DNA from: Hyphomicrobiales bacterium
GTDB taxonomy: Bacteria; Pseudomonadota; Alphaproteobacteria; Rhizobiales; NORP267
Direction of reading: 5' to 3'
DNA length: 64,000 nucleotides
Assembly: GCA_030688605.1 (NCBI GenBank)
Contig: JAUYJB010000070.1
Span: 18,652 to 82,651 of the forward strand
Part shown: one piece after another, positions 36,132-47,258 of the stretch
How positions within the stretch are numbered: the first letter of the stretch is position 1
Layout of the letters: every line of letters starts with the position of its first letter
The notes under the pieces: generated by a model
Seen by the model: the letters and a program-made list of their open reading frames with translations, nothing else
The model's database searches: none
Told to the model about the DNA's origin: nothing
Made by a program: the position numbers and the translations under genes

Positions 36132-37331
36132 ATGAATACGCACGGTCAGGCAAAATCGGTGTGCGGCAATCCTGTAACGGTGCTTCGAATCGGCCGACTT
36201 TTGTTGCTGGCCGTCGCCCTGATTGCGTGGGTTCCAGGCTTGCGGGCGCAGACGATCGAGACCAGCGCGCCGCACGTCATCATGATCGACAGCGACACCA
36301 ATACGGTGCTTCTGGAAAAGGACGCCGATACGCCGGTGCCGCCCGCGAGCCTGTCCAAGCTGATGACCGTTGAGGTTGTCTTCCAGGCGCTGGAAGAGGG
36401 CCGCCTCAGCCTCGACGACAGATTTCACATCAGCGAAAATGCCTGGCGCAAGGGCGGCGCGCCGTCCGGCGGCTCGACCATGTTCGCCGAACTGAACTCG
36501 GACATCGCGCTCTCCGACCTTATCCAGGGCGTCATCGTCCAGTCGGGCAACGACGCATGCATCGCCATCGCCGAGGGCATGGCCGGCACCGAGGAAGCGT
36601 TCGCCCAGTTGTTGAACGCGCGTGCGCGCGAGCTCGGACTGACCAACTCCAATTTCCGCAACGCCACCGGACTGCCGGACCCCGACCATCTGATGTCGGT
36701 GCGCGACATGGCCAAGCTCGCCCGCCACATCATTCGGACCTACCCGGAATACTACAAATACTTCGCCGAACCGGAGTTCACTTGGAACGACATCCGCCAG
36801 TTCAACCGCAACCCGCTGTTGCGCGAGGCGCCGGGAGCGGACGGGCTGAAGACCGGATATATCCGGGATGCCGGCTATGGGCTGGTCGGCTCGACCCTGC
36901 GCGACGGCCAACGCGTGATCCTGGCCATGGCCGGCCTGAAATCGATCAGCGAGCGGGCGGCGGAGGCGCGCAAGCTGATCGACTGGGCCTACCGGGCATT
37001 CGAGCAGATCACCCTTTTCGAGGCCGGCCAGACCGTAGGCGAGGCACGAGTCCATGGCGGCGAGAGGCGCTGGGTAAAGCTGACTGGCGACGGCGACATC
37101 AAGATCCTGCTGCCGCGCGCGGCGCGGCGCAGAATGAACGCGCGCGTGGTCTATAGCGGGCCCCTGTTGCCGCCGATCGAGAAGGGGCAGCGCGTCGCCG
37201 AGCTGCGGGTCGCCGCGGAAGACGGCGTCAATCTGTCCGTGCCGCTCTACACGGCCGAAGACGTCGGGCGCGGAAGCTTGCACCAGCGCGCGCTCGATGC
37301 CGCCCTCGACCTCATCACACGCTGGTGGTAA
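36132..37331 (+). CDS. dacA: D-alanyl-D-alanine carboxypeptidase (S11)
   Basis: PASLSK (SxxK), SGN, LKTG; start uncertain. Confidence 0.93.
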   Translation: MNTHGQAKSVCGNPVTVLRIGRLLLLAVALIAWVPGLRAQTIETSAPHVIMIDSDTNTVLLEKDADTPVPPASLSKLMTVEVVFQALEEGRLSLDDRFHISENAWRKGGAPSGGSTMFAELNSDIALSDLIQGVIVQSGNDACIAIAEGMAGTEEAFAQLLNARARELGLTNSNFRNATGLPDPDHLMSVRDMAKLARHIIRTYPEYYKYFAEPEFTWNDIRQFNRNPLLREAPGADGLKTGYIRDAGYGLVGSTLRDGQRVILAMAGLKSISERAAEARKLIDWAYRAFEQITLFEAGQTVGEARVHGGERRWVKLTGDGDIKILLPRAARRRMNARVVYSGPLLPPIEKGQRVAELRVAAEDGVNLSVPLYTAEDVGRGSLHQRALDAALDLITRWW

Positions 37332-37340
37332 GCCCTGCTC

Positions 37341-38021
37341 TTGTTCAGCGGCGAGACGGGTGCCCGGACGGTGGGTGCTAGAGGCAAGTTCATCACGTTC
37401 GAAGGCGGCGAGGGCACCGGCAAGTCGACGCACGCCCATGAGCTGCGAAAACGGCTGGAAACGGCCGGCCACAAGGTCGTCGAGACCCACGAGCCGGGCG
37501 GTACGCCGGGGGCCGAGATCGTCCGCCACCTGCTCAAATCGGGGGCCGTGGAGCCGCTCGGCGCGTTCGCCGAGGCGGTGATGATCGCGGCCGCCCGCGA
37601 CGACCATGTGACGCATTTCATTCGCCCGGCGCTGGAAAAGGGGACCTGGGTGGTCTGCGACCGTTTCAGCGACTCCACCAAGGCCTATCAGGGGGCGGGC
37701 GGCGGCGTCGACGACACGCTTTTGCGCGCGCTCGAACGCATCACCGTCGGCGAAACGCTCCCCGACCTGACCGTCATTCTCGATGCGCCGGCGAAAATCG
37801 CCCTGGCGCGAGCGAATTCGCGCCGCGAAGGGGAGGGGGAGGGCGACGGCGCCGACCGGTTCGAGAAGGAGTCGCTTGCCTTTCACGACAAGTTGCGCCG
37901 CGCCTTTCTGAAGATTGCCGAGGAAAGTCCCAAGCGTTGCGTCGTCATCGACGCTACCCCCGACAAGGAAGCGGTCGCCGAAGCGGTCTGGAAGGCCGTG
38001 TCCGAGCGCCTGGAGGTGTGA
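37341..38021 (+). CDS. tmk: Thymidylate kinase
   Basis: FITFEGGEGTGKST; CDRFSDST. Confidence 0.96.
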   Translation: MFSGETGARTVGARGKFITFEGGEGTGKSTHAHELRKRLETAGHKVVETHEPGGTPGAEIVRHLLKSGAVEPLGAFAEAVMIAAARDDHVTHFIRPALEKGTWVVCDRFSDSTKAYQGAGGGVDDTLLRALERITVGETLPDLTVILDAPAKIALARANSRREGEGEGDGADRFEKESLAFHDKLRRAFLKIAEESPKRCVVIDATPDKEAVAEAVWKAVSERLEV

Positions 38022-38029
38022 GGCGAGGG

Positions 38030-39115
38030 ATGGCCGCCGCATCCGAACAGGACCGTTTACCGGAGGCCGACCGCCTCGCCGCCTATCCGCACCCGCGCGA
38101 GGCGGTGCATCTGTTCGGCCACGGGGAGGCGGAGCGGGCGTTCCTTGGCGCCTATCGCAGCGGGCGCATGCACCATGCCTGGCTCATCATCGGCCCGGAG
38201 GGCGTCGGCAAGGCGACGCTTGCCCACCGCATCGCCCGTTTTGTCCTGACCCACCCGGACCCTGAAGCCGCGGAGGTCAAGCGCGCACGGGACCTGGCGG
38301 CCGACCCGGACCATCCCGCGGCGCGGCAGGCGGCGGCGCTGACTCATCCCGATTTCATCGTCCTGCGGCGCATGTGGGATGCAAAAAACAAGCGGCTGAC
38401 CATGGCCCTGCCGGTGGAGGAAGTGCGCCGGGCCTCGCATTTCTTTTCGATGACGGCGGCTGCCGGCGGCTGGCGCGTCGCCATCGTCGATTGCGCCGAC
38501 GAGATGAACCTCAACGCCGCGAATGCGCTCCTCAAGACCCTGGAGGAGCCGCCGTCGCGCGCGCTTCTACTGTTGGTGAGCCATCGGCCCGGGCGGCTCA
38601 TCGCCACCCTGCGCTCGCGCTGCCGTCGCCTGACGCTCGGCCCCTTGTCCGAGGCCGACCTGTTTGCGGCCATCCAGTCAGCCGGCGCCCAGGAAGCGCT
38701 CGGCAAGTTGAGCGAGACCGACCGCAAAGTCCTCGTAGAGATGGCGCGCGGCAGCCCGCGCTTGGCGCTGCGCCTTCTTTCCGGCAATGGTCTTGCGCTC
38801 CACCGCGAGATCAGCGGCATCCTCAAGGCGGCGCCGAAACGCGACGACCGGCGCGTCCACGCGCTTGCCCGGCGCGTTGCGCGGGCGGGCGCGGAGGATG
38901 ACTATGAGCTCGCCTTGTCGCTCGTCTCCGATTGGCTTGCCGGCCGCGTCGAATCGGCGACCACGGCCGGTCCCGCGGAGGCGGCCAGCCTTGCGCGCCT
39001 AGCCGAGGTATGGGAAAAGACGACCCGTTCGGCGGGCGAGGCGGAAATTTTCCACTTCGACCGCCGGCTCGTGATTCTGAACGCTTTTCGCGACATTGCC
39101 GCAGCCGTCTCGTGA
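38030..39115 (+). CDS. holB: DNA polymerase III delta-prime subunit
   Basis: [16 protein letters not shown]; [20 protein letters not shown]; SRC. Confidence 0.94.
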   Translation: MAAASEQDRLPEADRLAAYPHPREAVHLFGHGEAERAFLGAYRSGRMHHAWLIIGPEGVGKATLAHRIARFVLTHPDPEAAEVKRARDLAADPDHPAARQAAALTHPDFIVLRRMWDAKNKRLTMALPVEEVRRASHFFSMTAAAGGWRVAIVDCADEMNLNAANALLKTLEEPPSRALLLLVSHRPGRLIATLRSRCRRLTLGPLSEADLFAAIQSAGAQEALGKLSETDRKVLVEMARGSPRLALRLLSGNGLALHREISGILKAAPKRDDRRVHALARRVARAGAEDDYELALSLVSDWLAGRVESATTAGPAEAASLARLAEVWEKTTRSAGEAEIFHFDRRLVILNAFRDIAAAVS

Positions 39116-39155
39116 TCCGCGCTGCGCGTCGGAGATCCAGAGCGCAGCGCACGCC

Positions 39156-40751
39156 ATGACCGACAAATTCTACATCACAACGGCCATCTCCTATCCCAAT
39201 GGCCCGCCGCATATCGGCCACGCCTACGAGGCGATCGCGACCGACGCCATCGCCCGCTTCATGCGGCTCGACGGCTATGACGTGTTCTTCCTCACCGGCG
39301 TCGACGAGCATGGGCTGAAGATGGCGCAGACGGCGGCGAAGGAAAACATCACGCCGCGCGAGCTTGCCGACCGCAACACGCCGCTGTTTCAGAAGATGGT
39401 CGCCAGGCTCAATTGCTCCAATGACGATTTCATCCGCACCACGGAGCCGCGCCACCACCGCGCTTCGCAGGCCATCTGGCAGCGCATGCAGGAGGCGGGC
39501 GACATCACGCTCGGCACCTATTCGGGCTGGTATTCGGTGCGCGACGAGGCCTATTACGCGGAAAACGAGACGGAAGTCGGAGACGACGGCGTGCGCCGCG
39601 GGCCCAGCGGCTCGCCGGTCGAATGGACCGAGGAGGAATCCTATTTCTTCCGCCTCTCCGCCTATCAGGACCGGCTGCTCGCCCACTACGCGGCAAATCC
39701 CGATTTCGTGCTGCCCAAGGAGCGCTTCAACGAGGTGATCAGCTTCGTCAAGGGCGGTTTGCAGGACCTGTCGGTCTCGCGCGCGACGCTCGATTGGGGT
39801 GTGCGCGTGCCGGGCGATGACCGCCACGTCATGTATGTGTGGGTCGACGCGCTGACCAACTATATCACCGGCGTTGGCTATCCCGACGTCGGCAGCTCCC
39901 AATTCAAGCGCTACTGGCCGGCCGACATCCACGTCATCGGCAAGGACATTCTGCGCTTCCACGCGGTCTATTGGCCGGCCTTCCTGATGTCGGCCGGCGT
40001 CGCCCTGCCGCGGCGGGTGTTCAGCCACGGGTTTCTGTTCAACCGCGGCGAAAAGATGTCGAAATCCGTCGGCAACGTCATCGATCCGTTCGCGCTCAGC
40101 GAGCATTACGGCGTCGACCAGTTGCGCTATTTCTTCCTGCGCGAGGTGCCTTTCGGACAGGACGGCAATTACAGCCACGAGGCAATCGTGCAGCGGATCA
40201 ACGCCGATCTCGCCAACGATCTCGGCAATCTCGCCCAGCGCTCGCTGTCGATGGTCGCCAAGAACCTGGACGGAACGCTGCCCGCGCCAGGACCCTTTTC
40301 CAAGGAGGACGAGGCAATGCTCGCCGCCGCCGACGGCCTCGCCGGGGAGGCCCATAAGGCAATGCGCGAGCAGGCAATCCACTTGGCGCTCGAAGCGGTC
40401 TGGCGGGTCGTCGCCGCGACGAACCGCTATTTTGCCGCGCAGGAACCGTGGGCGCTGAGGAAATCCGATCCTGAGCGCATGGGCACGGTGCTTTATGTGA
40501 CGGCGGAAGTGCTGCGGCAGATCGCCGTCCTGACCCAGCCGGTGATGCCCCAGGCTTCAGCCGCACTGTTGGATTTGCTCGGCGTGGGGGAGGGCGTGCG
40601 CTCTTTTGCAGGCCTCGGCTCCGCCAGCCGGCTTGCGCCCGGCGTGCGCCTGCCCGCGCCGCGGCCGGTCTTCCCGCGCTACGTGGAAGAAGAGGCGGGG
40701 AGCGGCAAGACTTCGACCGGGACGCGAAAAGATCGGGCGCAAAAGGCTTGA
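39156..40751 (+). CDS. metG: Methionyl-tRNA synthetase
   Basis: [10 protein letters not shown]; KMSKS; YVWVDAL. Confidence 0.97.
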   Translation: MTDKFYITTAISYPNGPPHIGHAYEAIATDAIARFMRLDGYDVFFLTGVDEHGLKMAQTAAKENITPRELADRNTPLFQKMVARLNCSNDDFIRTTEPRHHRASQAIWQRMQEAGDITLGTYSGWYSVRDEAYYAENETEVGDDGVRRGPSGSPVEWTEEESYFFRLSAYQDRLLAHYAANPDFVLPKERFNEVISFVKGGLQDLSVSRATLDWGVRVPGDDRHVMYVWVDALTNYITGVGYPDVGSSQFKRYWPADIHVIGKDILRFHAVYWPAFLMSAGVALPRRVFSHGFLFNRGEKMSKSVGNVIDPFALSEHYGVDQLRYFFLREVPFGQDGNYSHEAIVQRINADLANDLGNLAQRSLSMVAKNLDGTLPAPGPFSKEDEAMLAAADGLAGEAHKAMREQAIHLALEAVWRVVAATNRYFAAQEPWALRKSDPERMGTVLYVTAEVLRQIAVLTQPVMPQASAALLDLLGVGEGVRSFAGLGSASRLAPGVRLPAPRPVFPRYVEEEAGSGKTSTGTRKDRAQKA

Positions 40752-40753
40752 GG

Positions 40754-41533
40754 ATGCTGGTCGACAGCCACTGCCATCTCGACTTTCCGGATTTCGCCGA
40801 CGATCTCGACGGCGTGGTGAAGCGTGCCGAAGCCGCCGGCGTGACGCGCATGGTGAGCATCGGCACACGCGTCAAAAAATTCGATCATGTGCATGCAATC
40901 GCTGAGAGATTTCCTCAGGTCTACTGTTCGGTCGGAACCCATCCGCACAATGCGGCCGAAGAGCCGGAGGTGACGGCGGAGCATCTGGCGCGCGTGGCCG
41001 AGCGCCCGAAAGTGGTGGCGATCGGCGAGGCGGGGCTCGATTTCCACTACGACCACAGCCCGCGCGAGATGCAGCGGGCAAGCTTCCGCACCCATATCGA
41101 GGCGGCGCGGCGCACCGGACTGCCGCTCGTCATCCACTCCCGCGAGGCGGAGGACGAGACGGCGGAGATCCTGGAAGAGGAGATGGCGAAAGGGCCGTTT
41201 TCCGCCGTGCTGCACTGCTTCTCGTCGGCCCGCGGCCTTGCCGAAAGGGGCGTCGCGCTGGGTCTCTACGTGTCCTTCTCCGGCATATTGACGTTCAAGA
41301 AGTCCGAGGCCTTGCGCGAAATCGCCCGCGATTTGCCGATCGACCGGCTGCTGGTCGAGACCGACGCGCCTTATCTCGCGCCGAAGCCTTATCGGGGCAA
41401 GCGCAACGAGCCCGCCTATGTGCGCCACACCGCCGAGGTTCTGGCCGAGGTCCGCGGTGTCGGCCTCGACGAGATCGCGGCGCGCACGAGCGGCAATTTC
41501 TTCCGCCTGTTCAGCGCGGTCCCCAGGGCATGA
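40754..41533 (+). CDS. tatD: TatD family nuclease
   Basis: DSHCH; IGEAGLD; HSREA; HCF; ETDAPYL. Confidence 0.95.
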   Translation: MLVDSHCHLDFPDFADDLDGVVKRAEAAGVTRMVSIGTRVKKFDHVHAIAERFPQVYCSVGTHPHNAAEEPEVTAEHLARVAERPKVVAIGEAGLDFHYDHSPREMQRASFRTHIEAARRTGLPLVIHSREAEDETAEILEEEMAKGPFSAVLHCFSSARGLAERGVALGLYVSFSGILTFKKSEALREIARDLPIDRLLVETDAPYLAPKPYRGKRNEPAYVRHTAEVLAEVRGVGLDEIAARTSGNFFRLFSAVPRA

Positions 41534-42363
41534 GTTTGAAAATTACCGTATTGGGGTGCGGTTCGTCGGGCGGCGTGCCGCGCATCGGCAATCATTGGGG
41601 CCTCTGCGATCCCGAAAATCCGCGCAACCGGCGCAGGCGCTGCTCGGTTCTGGTCGAGCGAAAGGCCGCGGAGGGGCAGACCGCTGTCCTCGTCGACACG
41701 GCGCCCGACATGCGCGCCCAGCTCCTCGATGCCGGCATCTCCTGGCTCGACGGAGTCCTTTTTACCCACGACCATGCCGACCACACCCACGGCATCGACG
41801 ATCTGCGCGTGGTCGCCTTCAACGGCCGCCGTCACGTCGATGTATACATGTCGCAGGACACCGAGACCGTCCTGCGCCAGCGCTTCGGTTATTGCTTCGA
41901 AACCCAGGAGGGCAGCCCGTATCCGCCGATCCTTGACCTGCACAGAATCGATCCGAGCCGTGCCCTTATGGTTAACGGCGCCGGAGGCGAGATTGCGGTA
42001 CTGCCCTTCGAGCAGGCGCACGGCCCCACCCGCACGCTCGGCTTCCGGTTCGGCAATATCGCTTATTCCTGCGACGTGAGCGACATCCCCGATGCCTCGC
42101 TCGCCGCACTCGAGGGTCTCGACGTCTGGATTGTCGACGCGTTGCGGCGCACGCCGCATCCGAGCCATTTCGCGCTCGCCGATACGCTCAGATGGATCGA
42201 GCGTGTCAAGCCGAGGCGGGCATTCCTCACCAACATGCATGTCGATCTCGATTACGAGACGCTGCGCGGCGAGCTGCCCGAAGGGACGGAGCCCGCCTAT
42301 GACGGGCTGGTGGTGGAGACCGAGGCGGTATTGCCGGCAGCATTGTCCTCGGGCCTGGAGTAG
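41530..42363 (+). CDS. MBL-fold metallo-hydrolase (PhnP/YycJ-like)
   Basis: LGCGSSGGVP; THDHADHTHG. Confidence 0.93.
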   Translation: MSLKITVLGCGSSGGVPRIGNHWGLCDPENPRNRRRRCSVLVERKAAEGQTAVLVDTAPDMRAQLLDAGISWLDGVLFTHDHADHTHGIDDLRVVAFNGRRHVDVYMSQDTETVLRQRFGYCFETQEGSPYPPILDLHRIDPSRALMVNGAGGEIAVLPFEQAHGPTRTLGFRFGNIAYSCDVSDIPDASLAALEGLDVWIVDALRRTPHPSHFALADTLRWIERVKPRRAFLTNMHVDLDYETLRGELPEGTEPAYDGLVVETEAVLPAALSSGLE

Positions 42364-42751
42364 GGCTCAGGTCGCGTGCCGGCGGGCGGCCGGGGCGCCT
42401 TCTCACGTCATCCCTCTGTTTCCCGTCGCGCTGCGCATCACTCGAAGTACCCTCAGGGCGCTGCCGCGTGGGGCGCGATGTCGGCGCGCCCGTTAACGCT
42501 TCCAGGGCCGTTAACGCTTTCAAGGCCCCCAAGGCCAAGGGATAAATGTTACATAATATATCTTATGCGAATCATCCATTAAGGCTGCCGCCAAAACAGC
42601 CGTAAGCAGGCCGCGCCGGCCGCCTCGCTGCGCCGGTCCCCCTCCGCAGGGCTGCGGCTGCCAAAGCGCCGCACGAGGGCTTGCCTCGCCGGCCGGCCTC
42701 GGCGAGAACCATGAGCGACCCATGAACGGAGCATAACGGGAAACACGGACC

Positions 42752-43573
42752 ATGCCGGATGAAAGCCCCATCGCACCGTCGAAGCACATCGATCGACTGA
42801 TCGAAATCATGCGAGCGCTGCGCCATCCCGAGACCGGTTGCCCGTGGGACATCGAGCAGGACTTCGCCACCATTGCCCCCTACACTATCGAAGAGGCCTA
42901 TGAGGTTGCCGAGGCGATCGAGCGCGGCGACATGGTGGCGCTCGCCGACGAGCTCGGCGATTTGCTGCTGCAGGTCGTTTACCATGCGCAAATGGCGGCG
43001 GAGCGAAACGCTTTCGATTTCGGCGACGTCGTATTCGCCATCACCGAAAAGTTGATCCGCCGCCACCCGCACGTCTTTGGAGACGCCGAGGCGCGCTCGG
43101 CCGGAGCGGTCAAGGGCATGTGGGAGCGGATCAAGGCGGACGAGCGGTCAGGCCGGGACAGCGCGGCGCCAAGCGCGCTGGAAGGGGTTGCCGCCGCCCT
43201 CCCCGCCCTCACCCGCGCCGTCAAGCTGCAGAAGAAGGCTTCCCGCGTCGGCTTCGATTGGAACGATGCCCGCCAGGTCATCGCCAAGCTGCGCGAGGAG
43301 ATCGGCGAGCTCGAGGCCGAACTGGACGCCGGGGCGGCGAAAGACGCCGTCAGCGAGGAACTGGGCGACCTCCTGTTTGCCGTCGCCAACCTCGCGCGCC
43401 ATCTTTCCGTCGATCCGGAAGCGGCCTTGCGCGCCGGCAACGCCAAGTTTCAGCGCCGCTTTGCGGCCATGGAAATGCGTCTGGCATTGAGCGGGCGCAC
43501 GCCTGCGGCCTGCACGCTCGACGAGCTGGAAGAAGAATGGCAGGCGGCCAAGGCCGCCGAAGGGCCGAGATGA
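42752..43573 (+). CDS. mazG: Nucleoside triphosphate pyrophosphohydrolase MazG
   Basis: GCPWDIEQ; EEAYEV; ELGDLLLQVVYHA; EELGDLLFA. Confidence 0.96.
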   Translation: MPDESPIAPSKHIDRLIEIMRALRHPETGCPWDIEQDFATIAPYTIEEAYEVAEAIERGDMVALADELGDLLLQVVYHAQMAAERNAFDFGDVVFAITEKLIRRHPHVFGDAEARSAGAVKGMWERIKADERSGRDSAAPSALEGVAAALPALTRAVKLQKKASRVGFDWNDARQVIAKLREEIGELEAELDAGAAKDAVSEELGDLLFAVANLARHLSVDPEAALRAGNAKFQRRFAAMEMRLALSGRTPAACTLDELEEEWQAAKAAEGPR

Positions 43574-43580
43574 CCGCGGC

Positions 43581-43699
43581 CCAGATCACGATGATTTTGG
43601 ATCGAATCGATCGAAAATCATACAACGTGATCGATTCCAATAAGATAGAGCGGGATGCGGGCGGAAAACCGGTTCCCACTTTTCCTCATCTCGCGCCAG
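43581..43699. repeat. 119-bp MITE-like repeat, copy 2 (inverted relative to 17126)
   Basis: Reverse complement aligns end-to-end with 17126-17244; both ends read CCAG. Confidence 0.88.
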
Positions 43700-43802
43700 A
43701 GCGCATTTCGTGAAACCGGAGTCACTCAAAGCGCTCTAACTTCTTTATTTGACGCGCATTTTTGTCCGAAAACCGGTTCCCACTTTTCGGAATGCGCTCT
43801 AG
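43696..43802. repeat. 107-bp related MITE-like repeat fused to the preceding one
   Basis: Terminal AGAGCGCATT...AATGCGCTCT; shares AAAACCGGTTCCCACTTTTC with the 119-bp family; right end is CTAG. Confidence 0.85.
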
Positions 43803-45241
43803 TGGGCGCGCACCGCTTCCTCGCCCGACTTGACCTCGATTTCGGCAGCGAAGCGGCGCAGGAACAGGTCGCGCTCGAGTCGGGGAACGCCGACGCGCAG
43901 GCGAACGCGGCCGTCGGTCTCGCTCGTCCGCGCGCGGACGTCGCAGTGCTCGTAAAGCCAGTTTAGACGGCCGCCCTCCTCCGGCTTGAGCAGCACCGTG
44001 TAGGTGCCGGCACCGATGCCGAGGCAGTCCGCGATGCGCAAGCGCAGCGCGTCGAGCCCCTCGCCCGTCAGCGCCGAGACGGCGACCACATTGGCCTTGC
44101 GCGCCGCCTGGCCGAGCAGCTGCACGCGCGTCTGGCCGTCGAGCAGGTCGATCTTGTTCCACACCTCGATGATGCGCCGTTCAGCCGCTGTATCGACCCC
44201 GAGCTGGCCGAGCACCGCGGTGACGTCGGCGGCCTGCGCCGCCGTATCGGGATGGGAAAAATCGCGCACATGGACGATCAGGTCGGCCGCGGTCACCTCT
44301 TCGAGCGTGGCGCGGAAGGCCGCCACCAGGTGGGTCGGCAGGTTGGAGATGAAGCCCACCGTGTCCGACAGGATGACGGTGCGCCCGCTGGGCAGCGCCA
44401 CGGCCCGCAGGGTCGGATCGAGGGTGGCGAAAAGCTGGTCTTCCGCGGCGACCTCGGAATCGGTCAATCGATTGAACAAGGTCGATTTTCCGGCATTGGT
44501 GTAGCCGACCAGCGCGACGATCGCATAGGGCACGCGGCGGCGACCCTTGCGCTGCAGCTCGCGCCGGCGGCGGACCTTTTCCAGCTGCCGCTCGATCTGG
44601 GTGATTCGCTCCTGGATGACGCGCCGGTCGGCCTCGATCTGGGTCTCTCCCGGACCGCCGAGAAAGCCGAAGCCGCCGCGCTGGCGCTCCAGATGGGTCC
44701 AGGAGCGCACCAGCCGGGTCTTCTGATAACTGAGATGGGCCAGCTCGACCTGAAGCCGGCCCTCCTTGGTGCGGGCGCGGCGGCCGAAGATCTCCAGGAT
44801 CAGGCCGGTGCGGTCAATCACCTTGGCCCCCCAGGCGCGCTCAAGATTGCGCTGCTGAACCGGCGAAACCGGGCCGTCGACGACGACCAGCTCGATCTCC
44901 TCGGCGTGGAGAACAGCCTTGATTTCCTCGACCTTGCCGGCGCCGAACAGCGTGCCAGCATGTGGATGCGGCAGGTTGACGAGGCCGCGCTCCACGACCT
45001 TCACGTCGATCGCTTCGGCGAGGCCGACGGCCTCCTCGAGACGCGCCTCGGGCGAGCGGATGCGGGCGCGCGGCACCCCTTCCCCCGCCCCCTTGCCGGG
45101 GTCGGGGCCTGACGGCTTGATAAGTGGACAAACCACGAACGCGCGAACCGGCTGGCCGGTGCGTTCTTCCCTGCGCCTCGGTCGCGCCCTGGCGTCGTCG
45201 GCCGCCGCCTTCTTCAGGTCGCCTCGTGCACGAACGCGCAA
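43799..45241 (-). CDS. hflX: GTPase HflX
   Basis: RARTKEGRLQVELA; GPGETQIE; GYTNAGKST; DTVG; NKID; start uncertain. Confidence 0.96.
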   Translation of the reverse strand: MRVRARGDLKKAAADDARARPRRREERTGQPVRAFVVCPLIKPSGPDPGKGAGEGVPRARIRSPEARLEEAVGLAEAIDVKVVERGLVNLPHPHAGTLFGAGKVEEIKAVLHAEEIELVVVDGPVSPVQQRNLERAWGAKVIDRTGLILEIFGRRARTKEGRLQVELAHLSYQKTRLVRSWTHLERQRGGFGFLGGPGETQIEADRRVIQERITQIERQLEKVRRRRELQRKGRRRVPYAIVALVGYTNAGKSTLFNRLTDSEVAAEDQLFATLDPTLRAVALPSGRTVILSDTVGFISNLPTHLVAAFRATLEEVTAADLIVHVRDFSHPDTAAQAADVTAVLGQLGVDTAAERRIIEVWNKIDLLDGQTRVQLLGQAARKANVVAVSALTGEGLDALRLRIADCLGIGAGTYTVLLKPEEGGRLNWLYEHCDVRARTSETDGRVRLRVGVPRLERDLFLRRFAAEIEVKSGEEAVRAH

Positions 45242-45287
45242 CTAGGGCCTTCTCCGATCATATGGAGCCATCGGTTCGCGGAACGCT

Positions 45288-45548
45288 CTAATCGGTCGTT
45301 TCCTCGCCGGCCTCTTCAGTGGGCTCGAAAAGCTGCACGGGCTGACCCGGCATGATGGTGGAAATCGCATGCTTATAGACGAGTTGCGAGTGTCCGTCGC
45401 GGCGCAGCAACACGCAAAAATTATCGAACCAGGTGACAACTCCTTGAAGCTTGACACCATTAACGAGAAAAATCGTCAGCGATGTCTTGTTCTTGCGTAC
45501 ATGATTAAGAAATGTGTCCTGCAGGTTTTGCGATTTCTCCGCAGCCAT
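45288..45548 (-). CDS. hfq: RNA chaperone Hfq
   Basis: QNLQDTFLN...[11 protein letters not shown]...YKHAISTI. Confidence 0.98.
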   Translation of the reverse strand: MAAEKSQNLQDTFLNHVRKNKTSLTIFLVNGVKLQGVVTWFDNFCVLLRRDGHSQLVYKHAISTIMPGQPVQLFEPTEEAGEETTD

Positions 45549-45762
45549 GATGGTCGCCCTACTTTTTTGCGGCTTGTTCAAAATTGCCGAGGACTGCCTC
45601 TGCGACACCTTTGCAAATCAGTCATCATCCCCCGCTCTTTTTTCTATTAGAGGGCAAGAATCAGGCTTAGCGCAAGTGACAATTCCAATTTCCTCTGTTT
45701 ATGACCCGCCCGCTGCCGGCAGCTTCGCGGCGCGGCATGCAATCGCGAGCCGCCCCAACGCT

Positions 45763-47223
45763 CTAGGAGCGCCAATAGAGCGGGTTGAAAAGCGCGAATA
45801 CGGCGATGATTTCAAGCCGGCCGATGATCATCGCGAAGGTGATGACGCTCAGATAGGCCGGCTCCATATGGGCATAAGCGGTCCAGCCCTGCGCCGCCGC
45901 CAAGCCGGAATAGACAGGCCCTGCATTGCTCAGCGCGGCGATGGCGGCGACCAGGCCCTGATCGAAGGACTCGCCGAACAGCGCCAGCAACATCAGCGTC
46001 ACCGCGCCCGCCCCGAGATAGGCCATGGAGCCGGTCCAGATCGCTTTCATGACCTGCAGATCGTAAGGCTGGCTGCCGAATCGGGCGCCGCGAACGCCGT
46101 GCGGATAAACCAGGCGGCCGAGCTCGCCGGAGGCCTGGTTGAGCATGGCGCCGAGGCGGTAGAACTTGACGCCGCCGGCAGTCGAGAAACCACCCCCGCC
46201 AAGCATCAGCATGGCCAACAGCAACGGCAACGCCACGGCGGCAAAGCCCCCTTCTCGCACTTCGAAGCCGCTGGTCGAGATCACCGAGACCGAAGTTATC
46301 AGCCCCTTCCAGGCCGATTCGGCAACGCTCAGCCCTGAGGGGCCGTCGATGCCGAGATAAAACCCCGCCGCAAAAAAGACGCCGAGGCCGACCACCGCTG
46401 CCGCGATCCAATGGCTCTCGCGGTATTCCCTGAGCGCCTGCCAGCGCCCGCTCATGAGCATGCGTTGCCAGACGATGCTGGTCGCGCCGACAAACATGAA
46501 CAGGCCGAGAATCGCCTCGACGCCTCGCGATTCATAGATCGCCAGGGTGCCGTCGCGCGGCATCAGACCGCCGGTCGAAAGCGTCGAGAACGTTAGGCAC
46601 GCCGCATCGAACGTCGGCAACCCAATGGCGGCGAGAAGAATGAAGCAGACGAGCGAGGTTAGGAGATAGGGCGGTAGCACGCGGACCGCCGTGCCGAGGA
46701 TATGCGCGCGCTCAGTGCGCGCGCCGCTTTCCACGAAGCGCAGCGGGGTGTCCGGCGTGCCGCCGAGGCGCGCCGGGGCCAGAATCAGCACGATGGCGAG
46801 CAGGCTGGCGCCGCCGCCGATCCACTCGAGCATGGCGCGCCACAGCACGATCGCCCGCGGTACCCCGTCAATCTGGGCAAGCGTGGTGGCGCCGGTGGTG
46901 GTGAAGGCGGACACGGCCTCGAAATAGGCCTTGAGCAGCGTGTCGAACTGCTCTGAGAGCGCCAGCGGCAGCGCCGCGAAGATCGGCACCACGGCGAAGG
47001 TGAGGATGCCGAGAACCATCAGCTCGGCGCGTTTCAGCCGCCGTTCGCGGCCGTGCAGGCCGAAGATCAGGCCGCCGGCGACGAACAGGTCGAGAGCGGC
47101 GCTGATCAGAAAAATCTGGCTCATCGCGCTTTCGCCGAGGCTCGCGGCGAGCAGCGCCGGCACCACCATCGCCACCGCGACCAAGCCGATCAACAAGCCC
47201 GAAACGTAGAATATCTCGGCCAA
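45763..47223 (-). CDS. trkH: TrkH-family permease, second and divergent copy
   Basis: FEAVSAFTTTGAT; EWIGG; STGG; STAGGVK; GRLE. Confidence 0.9.
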   Translation of the reverse strand: MAEIFYVSGLLIGLVAVAMVVPALLAASLGESAMSQIFLISAALDLFVAGGLIFGLHGRERRLKRAELMVLGILTFAVVPIFAALPLALSEQFDTLLKAYFEAVSAFTTTGATTLAQIDGVPRAIVLWRAMLEWIGGGASLLAIVLILAPARLGGTPDTPLRFVESGARTERAHILGTAVRVLPPYLLTSLVCFILLAAIGLPTFDAACLTFSTLSTGGLMPRDGTLAIYESRGVEAILGLFMFVGATSIVWQRMLMSGRWQALREYRESHWIAAAVVGLGVFFAAGFYLGIDGPSGLSVAESAWKGLITSVSVISTSGFEVREGGFAAVALPLLLAMLMLGGGGFSTAGGVKFYRLGAMLNQASGELGRLVYPHGVRGARFGSQPYDLQVMKAIWTGSMAYLGAGAVTLMLLALFGESFDQGLVAAIAALSNAGPVYSGLAAAQGWTAYAHMEPAYLSVITFAMIIGRLEIIAVFALFNPLYWRS

Positions 47224-47258
47224 GTGTCCTCTCCGCCAAGTTGCCTCCAGATCATGCT

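Noticed and set aside
36129-38042. 637-aa minus-strand ORF and similar long antisense ORFs (e.g. 38823-40382, 47781-49160, 61850-63337)
   Set aside because: GC-rich shadow frames opposite well-supported genes
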